From Gammaproteobacteria bacterium (lineage in GTDB: Bacteria; Pseudomonadota; Gammaproteobacteria; QQUJ01): a stretch of 64,000 nucleotides of DNA. The notes beneath the pieces are model-generated. The model did no database searches. It was not told the origin of the DNA and was given only the letters and a program-made list of their open reading frames with translations. Location: contig JBNKCG010000081.1 in NCBI GenBank assembly GCA_050287605.1, forward strand, positions 18 to 64,017. The letters run 5' to 3'. The position numbers were made by a program, and so were the translations under genes. Below are positions 18,270 to 30,453 of this stretch, piece by piece (the first letter of the stretch is position 1; each line of letters starts with the position of its first letter).

Positions 18270-19352
18270 TTAACCGTGCGCCCTCTCGAACTCGGCCATG
18301 AATTCGATGAGCTTGTCCACGCCCTCTTCCGGCATCGCGTTGTAGATGCTGGCGCGCATGCCGCCCACGGAGCGGTGACCCTTGAGGCTCACCAGACCCT
18401 CCCCTTTGGCCTTGCTGAGGAATTCGGCATCCAGATCGGGGTTGGCCAGGGTGAAGGGCACGTTCATCAGCGAACGGCAGGCCGGGTCCACGGGATTGGC
18501 GTAGAAGTCCGAGGCGTCGATAACGCTGTAAAGCTTCTCGGCCTTGCGCCGGTTGCGCTCGCCCATGGCCGTCAGCCCGCCGTTGCGCTTCAGCCACTGG
18601 AACACCAAGCCGGCCAGATACCAGGCGTAGGTGGGCGGGGTGTTGGACATGGAGCCGTTGTCGGCGTGATTCTTGTAATCGAACATGGAGGGCGTGCCCT
18701 TGACGGTCTCGCCCATGAGGTCTTCGCGCACGATCACCACCGTCAACCCGGCCGGACCGATGTTCTTCTGGGCGCCGGCGTAGATAATGCCGTAGCGCGA
18801 CACGTCGAAGGGGCGCGACAGGATGGTGGAGGAGAAGTCCGCCACCAGCGGCACGTCGCCGGTCTCGGGCACGTAAGGGAACTCCACGCCGCCGATGGTC
18901 TCGTTGGGCGTGTAGTGCACGTAGGCGGCGTCGGCGCCCAGCTTGAGTTCATCCTGGCGCGGAGCGGTGGTGAAGTTGGAGGCCTCGCTACTGGCCGCGA
19001 CGTTGACCTGGCAATAGGCGCCGGCCTCCTTGATGGCCTTCTTCGACCACGCGCCGGTGTTGATGTAGTCAGCGCTGCTCTTACCGCGCAGCAGGTTCAT
19101 GGGCACCATGGCGAACTGGCTGGTGGCGCCGCCCTGCAGGAACAGCACCTTGTAGCCGGCCGGGATGGCCAGCAGCTCGCGCAGGTCCGCTTCGGCCTGC
19201 TCGGCGATGGAGACGAACTCCTTGCCGCGATGGCTCATCTCCATCACCGACATGCCGGATCCGTTCCAGTCGAGCATCTCTTCGCGAGCCTGCTCCAGAA
19301 CCTCCACCGGCAACACCGCCGGACCCGCGCTGAAGTTGTATACCCGTGACAT
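18270..19352 (-). CDS. serC: Phosphoserine aminotransferase
   Basis: 360 aa starting [12 protein letters not shown] (GAGAGG RBS). The PLP-lysine region is conserved. Confidence 0.9.
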   Translation of the reverse strand: MSRVYNFSAGPAVLPVEVLEQAREEMLDWNGSGMSVMEMSHRGKEFVSIAEQAEADLRELLAIPAGYKVLFLQGGATSQFAMVPMNLLRGKSSADYINTGAWSKKAIKEAGAYCQVNVAASSEASNFTTAPRQDELKLGADAAYVHYTPNETIGGVEFPYVPETGDVPLVADFSSTILSRPFDVSRYGIIYAGAQKNIGPAGLTVVIVREDLMGETVKGTPSMFDYKNHADNGSMSNTPPTYAWYLAGLVFQWLKRNGGLTAMGERNRRKAEKLYSVIDASDFYANPVDPACRSLMNVPFTLANPDLDAEFLSKAKGEGLVSLKGHRSVGGMRASIYNAMPEEGVDKLIEFMAEFERAHG

Positions 19353-19410
19353 CACGTACCTCTCGAGTGGCAAAGTTGTGGAAATCGGGTTCGACGGCGC
19401 TATCTGTCCG

Positions 19411-21969
19411 TCACTCGTCTTCACCGGCATCGTCGTCCTGGTCATCGCCGTTGTCGGCGATGCGGTCGATGCCGGCCAGCTTCTCGCCTTCGGCGAGATT
19501 GATCAGGCGCACACCCTGGGTGTTGCGGCCCATGGATGAGACTTCGGCGGCACGGGTTCGCACCGCAGTGCCGAGGTTGCTGATCAGCATCACCTCGTCG
19601 TCATCACCCACCAGCTCGGCGCCCACCACCGGTCCGTTGCGCTGCGTGGTCTGGATGGAGACCACGCCCTGCCCCCCGCGCTTGTGCGTGGGATAGTCGT
19701 CGACGGGCGTGCGTTTTCCGTAGCCGTTTTCGGTGGCGGTCAGGATCGTGCCGTCGCCCACGATAATCAGCGCGTTGACCGACTGGGCGTCGCCCAACCG
19801 GATACCGCGCACGCCGGAGGCAACGCGGCCCATGGGACGCACGTCGCTCTCGTGGAAGCGAATCACCTTGCCGCCGTCGGTAAACAACATCACCTCGTTG
19901 TCGCCCCCGGTGATGGCCACGTCCACCAGCCGGTCGCCGTCGCGCAGATCGACGGCAATAATGCCGCTGGCACGCGGCCGCGAATAGGCCTCCAGGCTGG
20001 TCTTCTTCACCGTCCCCTTGCTGGTGGCCATGAAGATGTAGCTCTCGGCGCCGAACTCGCGGATGGGCAGCACGGCGTTGATGCGCTCGTCGGCCTCCAG
20101 GGGCAGCAGGTTGACGATGGGCTTGCCGCGGGCGTTGGGACCCGCCTGGGGCAGTTCGTAGACCTTGAGCCAGTACACCTTGCCGGCGCTGGAGAAGCAG
20201 AGCAGCGTGTCGTGGGTGCTGGCGATGAACAGTTTGTCGACGAAGTCCTCTTCCTTCATCTTGGTCGCGATGCGTCCCCTGCCGCCGCGTTTCTGCGCCC
20301 GGTAGAGTGACAGCGGCTGGATCTTGGCGTAACCGGTGTGGGAGATAGTGACCACCACGTCCTCTTCGGTGATCAGATCCTCCAGCGTCAGGTCCATATG
20401 GCTGCGGCGGATTTCGGTGCGGCGCTCATCGCCGTAGCGCTCGCGGATCTCCACCAGCTCGTCACGGATCACCTGCATTAGCCGGTCGGGGTCCTCGAGG
20501 ATGGCGAGCAGACCGTGGATGGTGTCGATCAGCTCTTTGTACTCGCCGACGATCTTGTCCTGCTCCAGGCCGGTGAGGCGATGCAGGCGCAGATCGAGAA
20601 TGGCCTGGACCTGCACCTCCGAGAGCCGGTACTCGCCCTCGTGCAGGCCGAACTCGGGGGCCAGATCCGTGGGGCGCGTGCTTTCGGCGCCGGCGCGGGA
20701 GAGCAGATCGGACACCACGCCCGGCTGCCAGGTGCGCTCCATGAGGCGCGTCTTGGCCTCGGCCGGGCTGGGCGAGGTTTTGATGAGCTCGATCACCTCG
20801 TCGATGTTGGCCAGCGCCACCGCCTGCCCTTCCAACACATGGGCGCGTTCGCGAGCCTTGCGCAGGTCGAAGATGGTGCGCCGGGTCACCACCTCGCGGC
20901 GGTGGGCGACGAAGGCGTTGAGGATCTCCTTGAGGTTGAGCAACTTCGGCTGGCCGTCGATCAGCGCCACCATGTTGATGCCGAACACGCTCTGCATCTG
21001 GGTGTGCTGGAACAGGTTGTTGAGCACCACCTCGGCCACCTCGCCACGGCGCAGCTCGATCACCACGCGCATGCCGTCCTTGTCGGACTCGTCGCGCAGC
21101 TCAGTGATGCCTTCGAGCTTCTTCTCCTTGACCAGTTCGGCGATCTTCTCCAGCAGCCGGGCCTTGTTCACCTGATAGGGCAGCTCGGTGACGATGATCG
21201 CCTGCTTGCCGTTGTCGTAGTCCTCGATCTCGGTGAGCGCGCGTACGTAGATGCGTCCGCGGCCGGTGTGATACGCCTCGTGGATACCGGCGGCGCCGTT
21301 GATAATGCCGGCGGTGGGGAAATCGGGACCCGGGATGTACTCCATCAGACCGTCGATGGAGATGTCGGGGTTGTCGATGAGCGCGATACAGCCCGCCACC
21401 ACCTCGTTGAGCTGGTGCGGGGGAATGTTGGTGGCCATGCCCACGGCGATACCGGCCGAGCCGTTGACCAGCAGATTGGGAACGCGGGTGGGCAAAACGG
21501 TCGGCTCGCGCTCCGACTCGTCGTAGTTAGGGATGAAATCGACGGTCTCCTTGTCGAGATCCGCCAGCATCTCGTGGGCGATGCGCGCCATGCGCACCTC
21601 GGTGTAGCGCATGGCCGCCGGGGCATCGCCGTCCACCGAGCCGAAGTTGCCCTGCCCGTCCACCAGCATGTAGCGCAGCGAAAAGGGCTGCGCCATGCGC
21701 ACGATGGTGTCGTAGACCGCGGTGTCGCCGTGGGGGTGGTACTTACCGATCACGTCACCGACGACGCGGGCCGATTTCTTGTAGGGCTTGTTCCAGTCGT
21801 TGCCCAGTTCGCTCATGGCGAAGAGCACGCGCCGGTGCACCGGCTTGAGGCCGTCGCGCACATCGGGCAAAGCACGTCCGATGATTACGCTCATGGCGTA
21901 ATCCAGGTAGGACTGCTTCATTTCGTCTTCGAGGTAAACCGGGAGAACTTCTTTAGCGAATTCAGCCAT
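19411..21969 (-). CDS. gyrA: DNA gyrase subunit A
   Basis: 852 aa. The QRDR region [11 protein letters not shown] and the catalytic Tyr region are present. C-terminal beta-pinwheel repeats. Confidence 0.95.
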   Translation of the reverse strand: MAEFAKEVLPVYLEDEMKQSYLDYAMSVIIGRALPDVRDGLKPVHRRVLFAMSELGNDWNKPYKKSARVVGDVIGKYHPHGDTAVYDTIVRMAQPFSLRYMLVDGQGNFGSVDGDAPAAMRYTEVRMARIAHEMLADLDKETVDFIPNYDESEREPTVLPTRVPNLLVNGSAGIAVGMATNIPPHQLNEVVAGCIALIDNPDISIDGLMEYIPGPDFPTAGIINGAAGIHEAYHTGRGRIYVRALTEIEDYDNGKQAIIVTELPYQVNKARLLEKIAELVKEKKLEGITELRDESDKDGMRVVIELRRGEVAEVVLNNLFQHTQMQSVFGINMVALIDGQPKLLNLKEILNAFVAHRREVVTRRTIFDLRKARERAHVLEGQAVALANIDEVIELIKTSPSPAEAKTRLMERTWQPGVVSDLLSRAGAESTRPTDLAPEFGLHEGEYRLSEVQVQAILDLRLHRLTGLEQDKIVGEYKELIDTIHGLLAILEDPDRLMQVIRDELVEIRERYGDERRTEIRRSHMDLTLEDLITEEDVVVTISHTGYAKIQPLSLYRAQKRGGRGRIATKMKEEDFVDKLFIASTHDTLLCFSSAGKVYWLKVYELPQAGPNARGKPIVNLLPLEADERINAVLPIREFGAESYIFMATSKGTVKKTSLEAYSRPRASGIIAVDLRDGDRLVDVAITGGDNEVMLFTDGGKVIRFHESDVRPMGRVASGVRGIRLGDAQSVNALIIVGDGTILTATENGYGKRTPVDDYPTHKRGGQGVVSIQTTQRNGPVVGAELVGDDDEVMLISNLGTAVRTRAAEVSSMGRNTQGVRLINLAEGEKLAGIDRIADNGDDQDDDAGEDE

Positions 21970-22209
21970 TTAGTTCTTTTGTCCTGAGCAGATCGGGGGC
22001 AGTGCCCAACGCCCGTGCGGCGTAGAAACAACAGCCGCGCATGATACCACAGGGGCGCCTACCAGCGCAGCTTGGAAAAGCGCGGCGAGAGCGCGTCTCC
22101 GGCGCTCTCAGCGGCGGCACAGCGACACAAAAAAGGATTTTGGAACCCGGCCGGCGTTTCGGGCGTCGACGCCCGGCGTCTCAGCGCCCGCGTGAGGCGT
22201 CGGTGCAGG

Positions 22210-23262
<1,053 letters not shown>

Positions 23263-23386
23263 CGATACGCGCGCGCAGAATGGGACTCAAGCACCCGCCC
23301 CATCCCCTACGGCACGCCGGCGCAACGGTTGCGGGCCGAATCCGCCACCCTGTATCTTCCCCCTTTCCAAACCCGTTGAGTGCGCT

Positions 23387-24703
23387 ATGGAATCCGTCGA
23401 TACACAGATCAACCCGCACTGGATCATCCCTGTCGAACCCCACGCCACCGCCTGGGAAAATCACTCACTGGTGATGGCCAAGGGCCGCATCGCGGCGATT
23501 GCCCCGCGGGCGGAGATTGAGCAGCGTTACCGGCCGACCACCACCGTGGACCTTCCCGGCCACGCGCTGATTCCGGGCCTGATCAACGCCCACACCCACG
23601 CCGCCATGACCCTGCTACGCGGCTACGCCGACGACCTGCCGCTGATGGAGTGGCTCACCCAGCACATCTGGCCGGCGGAACAGAAGTGGGTCAACGACGA
23701 ATTCGTCCACGACGGCAGCCTCCACGCCATCGCCGAGATGCTGCGCGGCGGGACCACCTGTTTCAACGACATGTACTTCTTTCCCGAGGTAACCGCGCGT
23801 GTGGCGGCCAACGCCGGCATGCGTACCTCGGTGGGGCTGATCCTCATCGACTTTCCCTCCGCCTACGGCAGCGGTATCGACGACTATCTGGAGAAAGGGC
23901 TGGAGCTGCACGACCAATACCGCAACAATCCCCTGATCCGCACCGCCTTCGCCCCCCACGCCCCCTACACCGTCTCCGATGCGCCGCTGGAGCGGGTGCG
24001 GGTACTGGCCGACGAGTTGGAGATACCCGTTCATATCCACGTCCACGAGACCCGCGACGAGGTCGAGCGCAGCGTGGAAGAGCACGGCGTGCGCCCGCTG
24101 ACGCGCCTGCAGCGGCTGGGGCTGGTCTCGCCGGCACTACTCGCCGTGCACATGACCCAGCTCGACGAATCCGAGATCGAGATGCTGGCCACCGCCAACG
24201 CCCACGTTCTCCATTGCCCGGAGTCCAACCTCAAGCTGGCCAGCGGCTTCTGTCCGGTGCAGCGACTGCTGGACGCCGGGGTCAACGTGGCACTGGGCAC
24301 CGACGGCAGTTCCAGCAACGACGATCTCGACATGCTGGGCGAAATGCGCAGCGCCGCGCTGCTGGCCAAGGCGGTGGCCAACGACGCCAGCGCCCTGCCG
24401 GCCGCCACCGCACTGCGCATGGCCACCCTCAACGGCGCCAGGGCACTGGGGCTGGATCAGGAGATCGGTTCGCTGGAGGTGGGCAAGGCCGCCGACCTGG
24501 TGGCGGTGGATCTCGATGCCATCGAGACCCAACCGCTATACAATCCCATCTCGCAGCTGGTCTACTCCGCCAACCGCAACGGCGTCACCGACGTCTGGAT
24601 CGCCGGGCGCCACGTGTTGAAGGAGCGCCAGCTGACCACCATCGACGAAGAATCCGTGTTGGCGCAGAGCCGCCAGTGGGCCGAGCGCATCCGCAACGGT
24701 TGA
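23387..24703 (+). CDS. mtaD: 5-methylthioadenosine/S-adenosylhomocysteine deaminase (amidohydrolase, TRZ/ATZ family)
   Basis: Metal-binding HTH (GLINAHTHAAM) and HIHVHE motifs. About 439 aa. Confidence 0.8.
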   Translation: MESVDTQINPHWIIPVEPHATAWENHSLVMAKGRIAAIAPRAEIEQRYRPTTTVDLPGHALIPGLINAHTHAAMTLLRGYADDLPLMEWLTQHIWPAEQKWVNDEFVHDGSLHAIAEMLRGGTTCFNDMYFFPEVTARVAANAGMRTSVGLILIDFPSAYGSGIDDYLEKGLELHDQYRNNPLIRTAFAPHAPYTVSDAPLERVRVLADELEIPVHIHVHETRDEVERSVEEHGVRPLTRLQRLGLVSPALLAVHMTQLDESEIEMLATANAHVLHCPESNLKLASGFCPVQRLLDAGVNVALGTDGSSSNDDLDMLGEMRSAALLAKAVANDASALPAATALRMATLNGARALGLDQEIGSLEVGKAADLVAVDLDAIETQPLYNPISQLVYSANRNGVTDVWIAGRHVLKERQLTTIDEESVLAQSRQWAERIRNG

Positions 24704-24713
24704 GAACCCCTTC

Positions 24714-25424
24714 ATGAACACTGCCCACAACCTCGATCCCGAAGAGCTGCGCAAGTTCGACGAGCTGGCCGCACGCTGGTGGGACCCCAAGGGTGAATTC
24801 GCCCCGCTGCACGCCATGAATCCCGCGCGGCTCGCCTTCATCGCCCAGCGCGCTCCGCTGCAGGGCTTGAGCGTGGCAGACATCGGCTGCGGCGGCGGCA
24901 TCCTCGCCGAAGCGATGGCCAAGGCGGGCGCACAGGTCACCGGTATCGACATGGCCGAAGCGGGGCTGGCCGCGGCGCGCGCCCACGCCGACCAGGGCGG
25001 CCTGGCGATCGACTACCGGGCATCCACCGCCGAGACCTTCGCCGCCGAACAGCCCGGCGCCTTCGACGCGGTCACCTGCATGGAACTGTTGGAGCATGTG
25101 CCGGATCCCGGTTCGCTGGTCCAGGCGTGCCGCGATCTGGTGCGTCCCGGCGGTTGGGTCTTCTTCTCCACCGTCAACCGCAACCCCAAGGCCTACCTGT
25201 TCGCCATCATCGGCGCCGAATACATCGCGCGCATGCTGCCCAAGGGCACGCACCACTATGAGCGCTTCATCCGTCCGGCGGAGCTCGATGCCTGGGCACG
25301 GCGTGCAGGCCTGATCACCCGTGCCGTCGAGGGCATCCGCTTCAGCCCGCTGAGCGCCGCATTCGAGCTGGGCGGTCGCCCGGACATCAACTACGTCGTA
25401 GCGTGCCAGCGCGACGATGACTGA
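24714..25424 (+). CDS. ubiG: Bifunctional 3-demethylubiquinol 3-O-methyltransferase / 2-polyprenyl-6-hydroxyphenol methylase
   Basis: SAM-binding motif DIGCGGGILAE. Typical UbiG length and N-terminus. Confidence 0.9.
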   Translation: MNTAHNLDPEELRKFDELAARWWDPKGEFAPLHAMNPARLAFIAQRAPLQGLSVADIGCGGGILAEAMAKAGAQVTGIDMAEAGLAAARAHADQGGLAIDYRASTAETFAAEQPGAFDAVTCMELLEHVPDPGSLVQACRDLVRPGGWVFFSTVNRNPKAYLFAIIGAEYIARMLPKGTHHYERFIRPAELDAWARRAGLITRAVEGIRFSPLSAAFELGGRPDINYVVACQRDDD

Positions 25425-26142
25425 ACCGGTCCCGCCAGCCGACGCCGTACCAGGCCTCTCCCCCACCGATCCGGCGCCGCGCGCCATCGACACCGTGCTG
25501 TTCGATCTCGACGGCACTCTGGCGGACACCGCTCCCGACATGGGAAACGCCATGAACGAAGTGTTGCGCGAATGGGGGGAGCCGCCGCGGGCGCTGGAAG
25601 CGCTGCGTCCCTACACCTCCCACGGCAGCCTGGGGCTGATCCGCTTCGCCTTCGGTTTCGGCCCGGAGCACGAACAGTTTCAGGCAATCCGCCAGCGGTT
25701 TCTCGACCTCTACCAGACCCGCCTGATGGTAGACACCCGGCTTTTTCCCGGCATGGAGGAGCTCCTGAGACGACTGGAAAGTGCGGGCCTGCGCTGGGGG
25801 GTAGTCACCAACAAGCCCGGCTGGCTGACCAACCCGCTGATGCAGCGCCTGGGGCTGGACACGCGCGCGTCCTGCATCGTCAGCGGCGACACCGCCGCGC
25901 GGCCCAAGCCGGAACCCGATCCGCTGCACCATGCGTGCGGCGTGCTCGCCTGCGATGCCGGACAATGCCTTTACGTCGGCGACGCCGAACGCGACATCAT
26001 CGCCGGCAACCGCGCCGGCATGACCACCCTGGTCGCCCTGTTCGGCTACCTGCACGCCGACGACCGCCCCGAACAGTGGGGCGCCGCCGGGATGATCGAC
26101 ACCCCGCTCGACGTGCTCGCCTGGTTGGATACCGGTGCCTGA
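25417..26142 (+). CDS. HAD-superfamily phosphatase (phosphoglycolate phosphatase/MupP-like)
   Basis: HAD motif I (DLDGTL), motif II (VTNK) and motif III (GDAERD). Overlaps ubiG by 8 nt, as in Pseudomonas ubiG-mupP. Confidence 0.8.
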   Translation: MTEPVPPADAVPGLSPTDPAPRAIDTVLFDLDGTLADTAPDMGNAMNEVLREWGEPPRALEALRPYTSHGSLGLIRFAFGFGPEHEQFQAIRQRFLDLYQTRLMVDTRLFPGMEELLRRLESAGLRWGVVTNKPGWLTNPLMQRLGLDTRASCIVSGDTAARPKPEPDPLHHACGVLACDAGQCLYVGDAERDIIAGNRAGMTTLVALFGYLHADDRPEQWGAAGMIDTPLDVLAWLDTGA

Positions 26143-27382
26143 TCCCATAGTCATCGCCGCAGTCGCCGCCGCGGTCGGCCTGCTGCTGGGCTGGCTGCTC
26201 GCCCAGATCCCCATGCAGCGCCTGCGCCGGCGTAACTCGGAGATCGAGACCCGCCTCGCCCTCGAGCACGAGAAGAGCGCCGAACGCCAGCAGACCCTGG
26301 AGCAGGCACGCCAGCAATTGAGCGACAGCTTCAGCGCTCTCTCCGCCCAAGCCCTGCGCGCCAACAACGAGCAGTTCCTCAAACTGGCGCGCGAAAACCT
26401 GCGTCAGTATCAGGTGCAGGCGCAGGCCGATCTGAGCGAAAAGGAAAAGGCCATCGAAGGGCTGGTGCGCCCCATCCGCGAGACCCTGGAGAAGACCGAG
26501 CAGCAGATCCGCCTGATGGAGAAAGAGCGCAAGGAAGCCCACGGCTCCCTCACCACCTTTCTCCAAGGTATGACCCAGACCCAGCAGCAACTGCAGGCGG
26601 AGACGCGTAAGCTGGTTCAGGCGCTGCGTCGTCCCGAGGTGCGCGGCCAGTGGGGCGAACTGACTCTGCGGCGCTTGGCCGAATTGGCCGGCATGGTGGA
26701 GCATTGCGACTTCTTCGAGCAGGAGACCCAGGGCGGCGGCGAAGGCGCCCAACGCCCCGACATGATCATCCGCATGCCCGACGCGCGCGAGATCGTGGTG
26801 GACGTGAAGACCCCGCTCGATGCCTACCTCTCCGCGGTGGAGGCGGTGGAGGATGCCGACCGGCGTCGGGCCCTGGAACGCCACGCGCGCAAGGTGCGCG
26901 AACGGGTGCGCGAGCTGGCCGCCAAGAGCTACTGGGACCAGTTCAAGAACGCCCCCGACTTCGTGGTGCTGTTCATCCCCGGCGAACAGTTTCTGAGCGC
27001 CGCCCTGGAGCTGGACCCGGCGCTGTTGGAGGATGCGCTGCGCCAGAAGGTGATCCTCGCCACCCCCACCAGTTTCATCGCCCTGCTGCGCGCCGTGGCC
27101 TACGGCTGGCGGCAACTGGCCCTGGCGGAAAACGCCGAGCGCATCCGCGAAACCGGCGAAGAGCTCTACAAGCGCTTGGTTACCTTCACCGACCACCTGG
27201 CTCGCGTCGGCCGCAGTCTGGGTGGCAGCGTCGACGCCTACAACCGCGCCGTCGGTTCCTTGGAGCGCTCGGTGCTGCCCGGCGCCCGGCGCTTCACCGA
27301 GATGGGCATCAGCAGCGGCAAAAAGGCGATCGAGACGCTGGAACCGATCGAACAGGGGATACGCAAACCGGAGAGCGAATAG
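26135..27382 (+). CDS. rmuC: DNA recombination protein RmuC
   Basis: N-terminal TM segment, a long coiled coil and a C-terminal RmuC nuclease-like domain. Confidence 0.85.
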   Translation: MPDPIVIAAVAAAVGLLLGWLLAQIPMQRLRRRNSEIETRLALEHEKSAERQQTLEQARQQLSDSFSALSAQALRANNEQFLKLARENLRQYQVQAQADLSEKEKAIEGLVRPIRETLEKTEQQIRLMEKERKEAHGSLTTFLQGMTQTQQQLQAETRKLVQALRRPEVRGQWGELTLRRLAELAGMVEHCDFFEQETQGGGEGAQRPDMIIRMPDAREIVVDVKTPLDAYLSAVEAVEDADRRRALERHARKVRERVRELAAKSYWDQFKNAPDFVVLFIPGEQFLSAALELDPALLEDALRQKVILATPTSFIALLRAVAYGWRQLALAENAERIRETGEELYKRLVTFTDHLARVGRSLGGSVDAYNRAVGSLERSVLPGARRFTEMGISSGKKAIETLEPIEQGIRKPESE

Positions 27383-27384
27383 GT

Positions 27385-27582
27385 CTACTCTTTGATGATG
27401 CGTCTGGTCTCTTCGTAGATCTCTTTGGCCTTGTCGGCTGCCGCCTTGGCCTTTTCCGTGACCGGGTCATCGGCGAAGGGATTGCTCAGCAACGGTCGCT
27501 GCTTGCCAATGTTCATACCCAGCCCGATGCCGATGACGAGACCGATGATCAGCCCCAGCACGGTGTATTTGATGGCCTTCAT
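27385..27582 (-). CDS. Small (65 aa) single-TM protein
   Basis: MKAIKYTVLGLIIGLVIGIGLGMNIG… with a GGGAGG RBS. The C-terminus is charged. Confidence 0.45.
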   Translation of the reverse strand: MKAIKYTVLGLIIGLVIGIGLGMNIGKQRPLLSNPFADDPVTEKAKAAADKAKEIYEETRRIIKE

Positions 27583-27638
27583 GTTCGCCTCCCGATGAAC
27601 TGTGGTGCATAAGCTAGCACAGCCTGAGCCGGCGCCCC

Positions 27639-28469
27639 ATGCAGGACCTGCCCGATTCCATCGAACCTGCACCGCGCCCGGGTAGCATCAACTACTACTG
27701 CCTGGTGTTCACGCCGCGCCCACACCGGGCGTTCGGTCAAGCGCTCTACGCGCTGTGCCGCGAGCTGGACTCGGCACGCGATGCCAGCGACCCGGGCATT
27801 GCGCGACTCAAGCTCCAGTGGTGGCGCGAAGAACTGCTGCGAAGCGCCGCCGGCGAGGCGCGCCACCCCATCACCCGCCAGCTCGGCACTGCAACCACCG
27901 TGGGGTTGGGAGCGCTGGATGCCGCAGTCGAACAGCGTGAGCGCGAACTCGCCCACGACGCTCTGGGGAGCGAAACCGAGTTCGATGCCTGGGCAGTGCG
28001 AGGAACAGGTTCCGTGCTCACCCTTTGGGCGCGTCGCCTGGGCGGCGCGGCAGAATCGGAGTGGCAAGCCAGTCTGCAAGCACTGGTACGAGCGCTACAC
28101 CGTCTCGACACGCTGCGCCGTACTGCACCTGCGGCGCGCCGCGGCATCGCGCTGCACCCGACGCAACGCTTGGCGGAATTTGCCGTGGACTTGGCGATGC
28201 TGGGCGCGGCGCAACCCCCCGCTTCCGTGCAAGCGCTGATCGCCCGCCAACGCCAGATCGCCCGCGATGAGCTGGAGCTGGCACTACGGCAGTGGCCGAC
28301 CGCCCAGCGGCAGGCGCACCTGCCATTGCTGGTGTTGGGCGACCTGCGTCACGCCACACTGCTGGAGCAGGATCGGCACGGTACTGTGCGCAGTGACCAA
28401 CGGGTGACACTGACGCCGCTGCGCAAACTGTGGCGTGGTTGGCAGCGCGTGCGGCGTGAGCGCGATTGA
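27639..28469 (+). CDS. Squalene/phytoene-synthase-family (isoprenoid synthase fold) protein
   Basis: Family-typical LYALCRELDSARD (DxxxD) and ARLKLQWWREEL motifs. Confidence 0.5.
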   Translation: MQDLPDSIEPAPRPGSINYYCLVFTPRPHRAFGQALYALCRELDSARDASDPGIARLKLQWWREELLRSAAGEARHPITRQLGTATTVGLGALDAAVEQRERELAHDALGSETEFDAWAVRGTGSVLTLWARRLGGAAESEWQASLQALVRALHRLDTLRRTAPAARRGIALHPTQRLAEFAVDLAMLGAAQPPASVQALIARQRQIARDELELALRQWPTAQRQAHLPLLVLGDLRHATLLEQDRHGTVRSDQRVTLTPLRKLWRGWQRVRRERD

Positions 28470-28522
28470 CTCGTACGCTACAATGCGCCTCGCCGGACCC
28501 ACCCCCGATTCAAGGAAAATCC

Positions 28523-29284
28523 ATGCGCTGTGACCCCCACTACCAGCCCGCTGCGGACCTGCTCCAGGATCGCATCATTCTCATCACCGGTGCCGGAGCC
28601 GGTCTCGGCGAAGCGGCCGCTCAAACTTGTGCGCATCACGGCGCCACCGTCATCCTGCTGGGCCGCACCATACGCAAGCTGGAAAAGGTCTACGACGCCA
28701 TCTGCTCGGCGGGGGGACCCGAGCCGGCCATCTATCCCATGAATCTGGAGGGTGCCGCGCCCAAGGACTACGAGGACCTGGCCACCACCCTCGCCGACGA
28801 GTTCGGCCGCCTCGACGGCCTGGTGCACAACGCCGCCCAGCTGGGCACCCTGAGCCCGCTAGATAACGCCGACATCGAGACCTGGTACAAAGTACTGCAG
28901 GTCAACCTCAATGCCCCCTACCTGCTCACCCAGGCGTGCCTGCCGCTGCTGCGCAAGTCGCAGAATGCCTCGGTGGTGTTCGTCAGCGACGCCGTGGGCC
29001 GCAAGGCCAAGGCCTACTGGGGGGCCTACGCGGTGAGCAAGTTCGGGCTCGAGGGGTTGATGCAAGTGCTCGCCGAGGAGACCGAAACCAACGCCGTCCT
29101 GCGCAGCAACAGCTTCGACCCCGGGATACTCAACACCGCGCTGCGCCGCCACGCCTATCCCGCCGAGGACTACACCCGGAACCCACAACCCGCCGCCGTT
29201 GTGACGGGCCTGCTCTACCTGCTGGGACCCGACAGCCAGGGGATCACCGGTCAGAGTTTCGAGTGGCCCGGTGCCGTCGAATAA
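28523..29284 (+). CDS. yciK: SDR-family oxidoreductase (YciK-like)
   Basis: TGAGAGLG Rossmann motif and YxxxK (YAVSK). AAGGAAAA RBS. Confidence 0.75.
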   Translation: MRCDPHYQPAADLLQDRIILITGAGAGLGEAAAQTCAHHGATVILLGRTIRKLEKVYDAICSAGGPEPAIYPMNLEGAAPKDYEDLATTLADEFGRLDGLVHNAAQLGTLSPLDNADIETWYKVLQVNLNAPYLLTQACLPLLRKSQNASVVFVSDAVGRKAKAYWGAYAVSKFGLEGLMQVLAEETETNAVLRSNSFDPGILNTALRRHAYPAEDYTRNPQPAAVVTGLLYLLGPDSQGITGQSFEWPGAVE

Positions 29285-29460
29285 TTGGCACGGCGGCAAT
29301 AGTCTTCCGCGCCGTTGCCGTCAGCAATTCGTCTCCCGCGCCGATGGCTTCCATCACCGACAATCTATCTCACTGTAATATATATAAAAAATACCCAACC
29401 AGGAGTTCTGGCATGGAATTGGCTAGGAGTGGCCTAGCAACCAGCTAGCGAGCCAAGCCC

Positions 29461-30372
29461 ATGTCCTTCGAGCTGATCAGCAGCGACCGCAGAGCCCCCG
29501 CCGGGAGACCCGGCGGCCAACACGTTGCGCGCGCGCTCCCCTCGCCCGTTCTCAGCCGTGCCCTGGAGATCACCGGCGCGCTGCAGACTACCCTCGATCC
29601 CCAGCAGGTAATCGAGATCTTCGCCCGCGAGGCTCGCGCCACGGTCGCGTTTGACGGGTTGCGCTTCCGCTACGAACCCATGCAGATGACCCTGCAGGTC
29701 GACCAAATGGCGGCCAACGCGTGCAGTTACAAACTCTCCATCGAAAACGAGTCGTTGGGCGAGATCGTACTCAGCCGCCGCCGCCGTTTCAGCGACGACG
29801 AATTGGCCTCCCTGGAGCATCTGCTGTGCAGCCTGCTCTATCCGTTGCGCAACGCGCTCCAGTACCAGCGCATGGTGCAGTGCGCGCGGCTCGACCCGCT
29901 CACCGGCATACAGAACCGCGCGGCGCTGGACAGCGAGACCGAGCGCCACGTACAGCTCGCCCATCGCCACAAGACCCCGCTGGCGATGATTGTCATCGAC
30001 ATCGATCACTTCAAGAACATCAACGACACCTACGGCCACACCTTCGGCGATCTGGTGTTGCGCGTGCTGGCGCAAAGGGTCTCGCGCTGCATGCGCACCT
30101 CCGACCACATATTTCGGTTCGGCGGCGAGGAGTTCGTTCTGCTGCTGCCCAGTACCGACTTGGACGGCGCCCGATTGCTGGCGGAACGCATTCGCGAGAC
30201 CCTGGATGCGCATCCGGTCACCCAGGGCGACAAACAGGCAACCGTCACCGTTTCGATGGGCGTCGCCAACCTGCGGCCCAACGAACGCAGCGACGGCCTG
30301 TTCGAGCGCGCCGACTCCGCCCTCTACGAAGCCAAGAACGCAGGTCGCAATCGCGTCACGGTCGCCGCCTGA
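29461..30372 (+). CDS. Diguanylate cyclase (GGDEF domain) with N-terminal GAF-like sensory domain
   Basis: GGEEF active-site motif. RxxD I-site-like motif nearby. Confidence 0.85.
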   Translation: MSFELISSDRRAPAGRPGGQHVARALPSPVLSRALEITGALQTTLDPQQVIEIFAREARATVAFDGLRFRYEPMQMTLQVDQMAANACSYKLSIENESLGEIVLSRRRRFSDDELASLEHLLCSLLYPLRNALQYQRMVQCARLDPLTGIQNRAALDSETERHVQLAHRHKTPLAMIVIDIDHFKNINDTYGHTFGDLVLRVLAQRVSRCMRTSDHIFRFGGEEFVLLLPSTDLDGARLLAERIRETLDAHPVTQGDKQATVTVSMGVANLRPNERSDGLFERADSALYEAKNAGRNRVTVAA

Positions 30373-30453
30373 TCGCTCCTAACCCGCAGCGCGATCCCCA
30401 CGCGCCGCCACGCTCCTCTATACTGACGGCCTCCACAAGGGGGGCTTCGCACC

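Noticed and set aside
19684-21987. Long plus-strand ORFs (208 aa and 490 aa) antisense to gyrA
   Set aside because: Typical spurious antisense ORFs in high-GC DNA. gyrA on the opposite strand is unambiguous. Their composition is Arg/Ala/Gly-rich with no motifs.
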